DNA of 60,714 nucleotides, filler included, from Perkinsus olseni (Eukaryota): NCBI GenBank assembly GCA_013115125.1. It is 2 parts of 2 records of this genome, joined end to end, with 100 filler letters (N's around TTAATTAATTAA, not from the genome) between each part and the next. Parts side by side here need not be neighbours in the genome. Positions count along the whole stretch, not along the records: positions 30,434 to 60,714 come from JABANN010000422.1; 1 more part is not named here. One strand, 5' to 3'. Shown piece by piece: positions 58,061 to 60,714 of this stretch (position 1 is its first letter; each line of letters starts with the position of its first letter). The notes under the pieces were generated by a model. It saw only the letters and a program-made list of their open reading frames with translations, ran no database searches and was not told where the DNA came from. The position numbers and the translations under genes were made by a program.

Positions 58061-60365
58061 CTAGGTGGAGATCTCGAACTCAGTGGCAATCATCACATGA
58101 TCGCTGCCATAGCACTTGTACGGCAGGCCACCGTTACACGCTTCAATATCCTCATCGGTGAGACCTGGCAGGCTCCACACCGGGGTCAGGCGAGGCGTGT
58201 AGAAGATGTAGTCCAATACCGCCCTGAGAGGAACACATGCGAGCACGTACGAGTCTCGAGAATCCTACTTGAAGTTGCAGACAGCGTTAGTGTACTGAGG
58301 CAGGTCTGTATGGCGTAAGCCAGGGATGCCGTGATGAAGCTCGATCCCAAGGTCCATGTCCATCTTCTCTGGTTGCATCCGCTTCACCTCCCCGGCGAGA
58401 CCGAAGAGCTCATCTCCCTCGCCCCACTCTGGCTCGTCAACAAGAGCCTCATGATAGGCTGATTCATCAACGGCCTCGTCTATGTCGGCACAATCCTGCG
58501 AGTCCCACTTGAACTGGGGTCCATAGTACCAGTCCTTGTGGTTGCCGGGTACCGTGCCCGAGCTAAGATACTCGACCACTCCACTGTCAGGGAACGAGTT
58601 GAAGTCACCGCATATGAAGACGTTGGCCCCTTGGAATCTGTCCAGCTCGTGCTTCACTGCCATGGCCAGCAGATGGGCTTGGAGAAGCCTCACGTGAGTG
58701 GCGTTCCGATGGAAGAAAAGATGAGTGTTGCCAACCACGAACATTTTGTCAGTGTCCTGACGATCACGCAAAACTAAGACCTGGCCCGCCGTGCCGAGGT
58801 TATCAAAGACGTCGGAGAACATGTCCACATCTCCCCATTTCCGTTGGAGCTCAGACACCTGTTCACCGGTCAGCTGGGACTTCACACCATCTGATGCCAA
58901 GTCCAAGACCGTCTCATCAAGCATCTCAAATCGGTCATGATTGAAGGCGATGGCGCACCCCTCCCCTTTATTGCCATTTTTCTCGACGAACCTCACAGTG
59001 TACTGCGGCATCACCTCACGCACCGTCTCCACGAACCGCGGCTCGGCCTCCTGGAAAGCGAAGATATCAGCCTTAACGTCCATCAGCTCCCGCATCAGTA
59101 GTGGACAACGATACTCCCACTCGAGCACTTCCCTGCATGCCTTCACGTTGCGGTACATGACCTTAGTGGCGAGAGGGGTTCGAACGTACCGCTGAGCAAG
59201 GACGTTGAAGCTCGCCACGCGGATGCGGTTAGCCGCTGCTGCTGCCAGGGGCTTCGGCAAACGGCGGTCTCGGAATGTGCCTTTGCTCGGGGACGGGCGA
59301 ACGGGTCGGCTGAGGTCAGATTCTGCCTGGGGGAGGCTTCGACAGTCTCTGTGATAAGCCGCGACGCGGAGCTTCTTCCCGACCAGGTCGTCTGCAGGAG
59401 TGAAGACTCGGCCCGAGTGGACTAGATCGTCGCTTTCGTTGGTACGATACTCATAGACAAGTTCCTCGGGGGTTGTGTTGCTGCATTCTACCAAGGGGAG
59501 GATGGGGTACTCGGCGAAAACGAAGTACTTGAGGGCAACAGACGTCACCAAGGGTGGGTTGAGGAAAACCGAGTAGACCTGAAAGTGGCAGATCTTGGCG
59601 AATACAGAGAGCTCGGAAAATTACAGGTGCAGTTCAGAAGTCGAGGAAGCATTACGTGTTCATTGACGGTGATCGCCTTGGTGGATCGGCTGAGCTCAGC
59701 GAGGGTGCTCATGTTAACGGAGGAGTCCGTGGAGGCGAGTTCATTCCCGTTGCCGTCAGACCATTGTATTCGGACCTGCTCCATCTTTTACCCCAATCAA
59801 CTCCGGCAAGGCCCATACTACCTTATTGCCATGCTGCTGCTCCTGCTCATCGGCCGGAGGAGGGCCCTTCCTTTTCTTCCCTTTACGCTTGTCACCAATA
59901 CCATACGCCTTCTCTACACTCAGCTGCATTCGTCTCAGTACCTGTGCCAGTCCACTTCATGGCACAGCTCCTCTCCCTCAGCAGACCTGGTCCATGGTAT
60001 CCGAAGCGCTGCGGTTGAATGTTAGCCTCTTGCCGTTCACTCTCATCAGTATTACTACGTCATTGCCGTCTTCGGATATGACCATCGGAGACGGTGTCTG
60101 AGGTGAAATAATAATTCTACACCGACCTAGTGTGAAGCGCACTGTGCGATTGAGGATCTCCTGTTTGTATTTTAGGGCAATGATCTAAGTAGTACAGTAT
60201 TATTTAAGATGGCCGTATTGCTATTATCGTGATATTGAAAAAATATACTGTAGTTTTTACTCAGATGATAATCTCTCGAAAAACGGCTCCCAATCAACGA
60301 CCATCTACTCCGCGGTTCAACCAAAGATAGCTCACCTTTGCATCAGCTGCTGTAGTTGCATTCAT
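58061..60365 (-). CDS. PDE12/CCR4-nocturnin-like EEP phosphodiesterase, paralog 2, multi-exon
   Basis: RVASFNVLA, ADIFAFQEAE, EGCAIAFNHDRF, VGNTHLFFH, ICGDFNS, YTNAV-VLDYIFY, GSDH. Proposed first exon MNATTAADAK (60365-60336). Confidence 0.9.
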
Positions 60366-60714
60366 TTTTGTAAGTTTAGTTGTTCCCGCCAGTCCGAAGT
60401 GAGTTGGTGTAGGATTCACTTGACTGAATAGAGAAGATGAGGGGGAGATAGCGGAGTTCAGTTTTGTAAATGCTCTGCACGGTATGGGGCGGAAGAGTCT
60501 CGGCCGGGTCAGCAGCAGGATGGCACGAGAGCAAAAACAAAACTGAAAGGCTGAAACCGCCAGGCTCCAAGTGCCCTCGCTTTCGTTCCCATGGTTATCT
60601 CCACCTCGATCCCCAATGCGAGGACGACTGTGCGAGCAAATCGGGCTGTTCAATAAACCGTTCCTGAGTTTCAGGAACGTTCCCAGGAACGAGAATGCAC
60701 AAATCTTGTTCAAA

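Overview
Eukaryotic, gene-dense scaffold window of roughly balanced GC with many short GT-AG introns. The gene content, intron style and N-padded TTAATTAATTAA gap linker suggest an alveolate draft genome, most like Perkinsus (inference, not verified). Recognisable genes: equilibrative nucleoside transporter, CNNM/DUF21-CBS transporter, DNAAF1-like LRR protein, nucleotide-sugar transporter, TTC39/IML2 protein, class II CPD photolyase, PPR protein, uridine phosphorylase (cut by a gap), ALG6, two tandem MDH-family dehydrogenases, UNC-45-like UCS protein, SHIPPO-repeat protein, KH protein, inward-rectifier K+ channel and two convergent PDE12-like EEP nucleases. There is also a tRNA-Gln(UUG) gene. 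An accessory island (~24.0-30.3 kb) holds a Tc1/mariner-type MITE, 7-mer repeats, a degenerate tRNA-Thr(CGU), an orphan secreted protein and a frameshifted tyrosine-recombinase element. Three leads stand out. (1) A ~370-nt region directly behind the tRNA-Thr pseudogene folds into many G-U-containing helices on the + strand and carries a telomere-template-like CCCUGAACCCUG. (2) Three small introns of the K+ channel gene are largely antisense tRNA 3' fragments. (3) Both MDH paralogs carry the LDH-type Gln at the specificity position, suggesting an independent MDH-to-LDH-like switch. Exon boundaries were read by eye and some gene ends are approximate.
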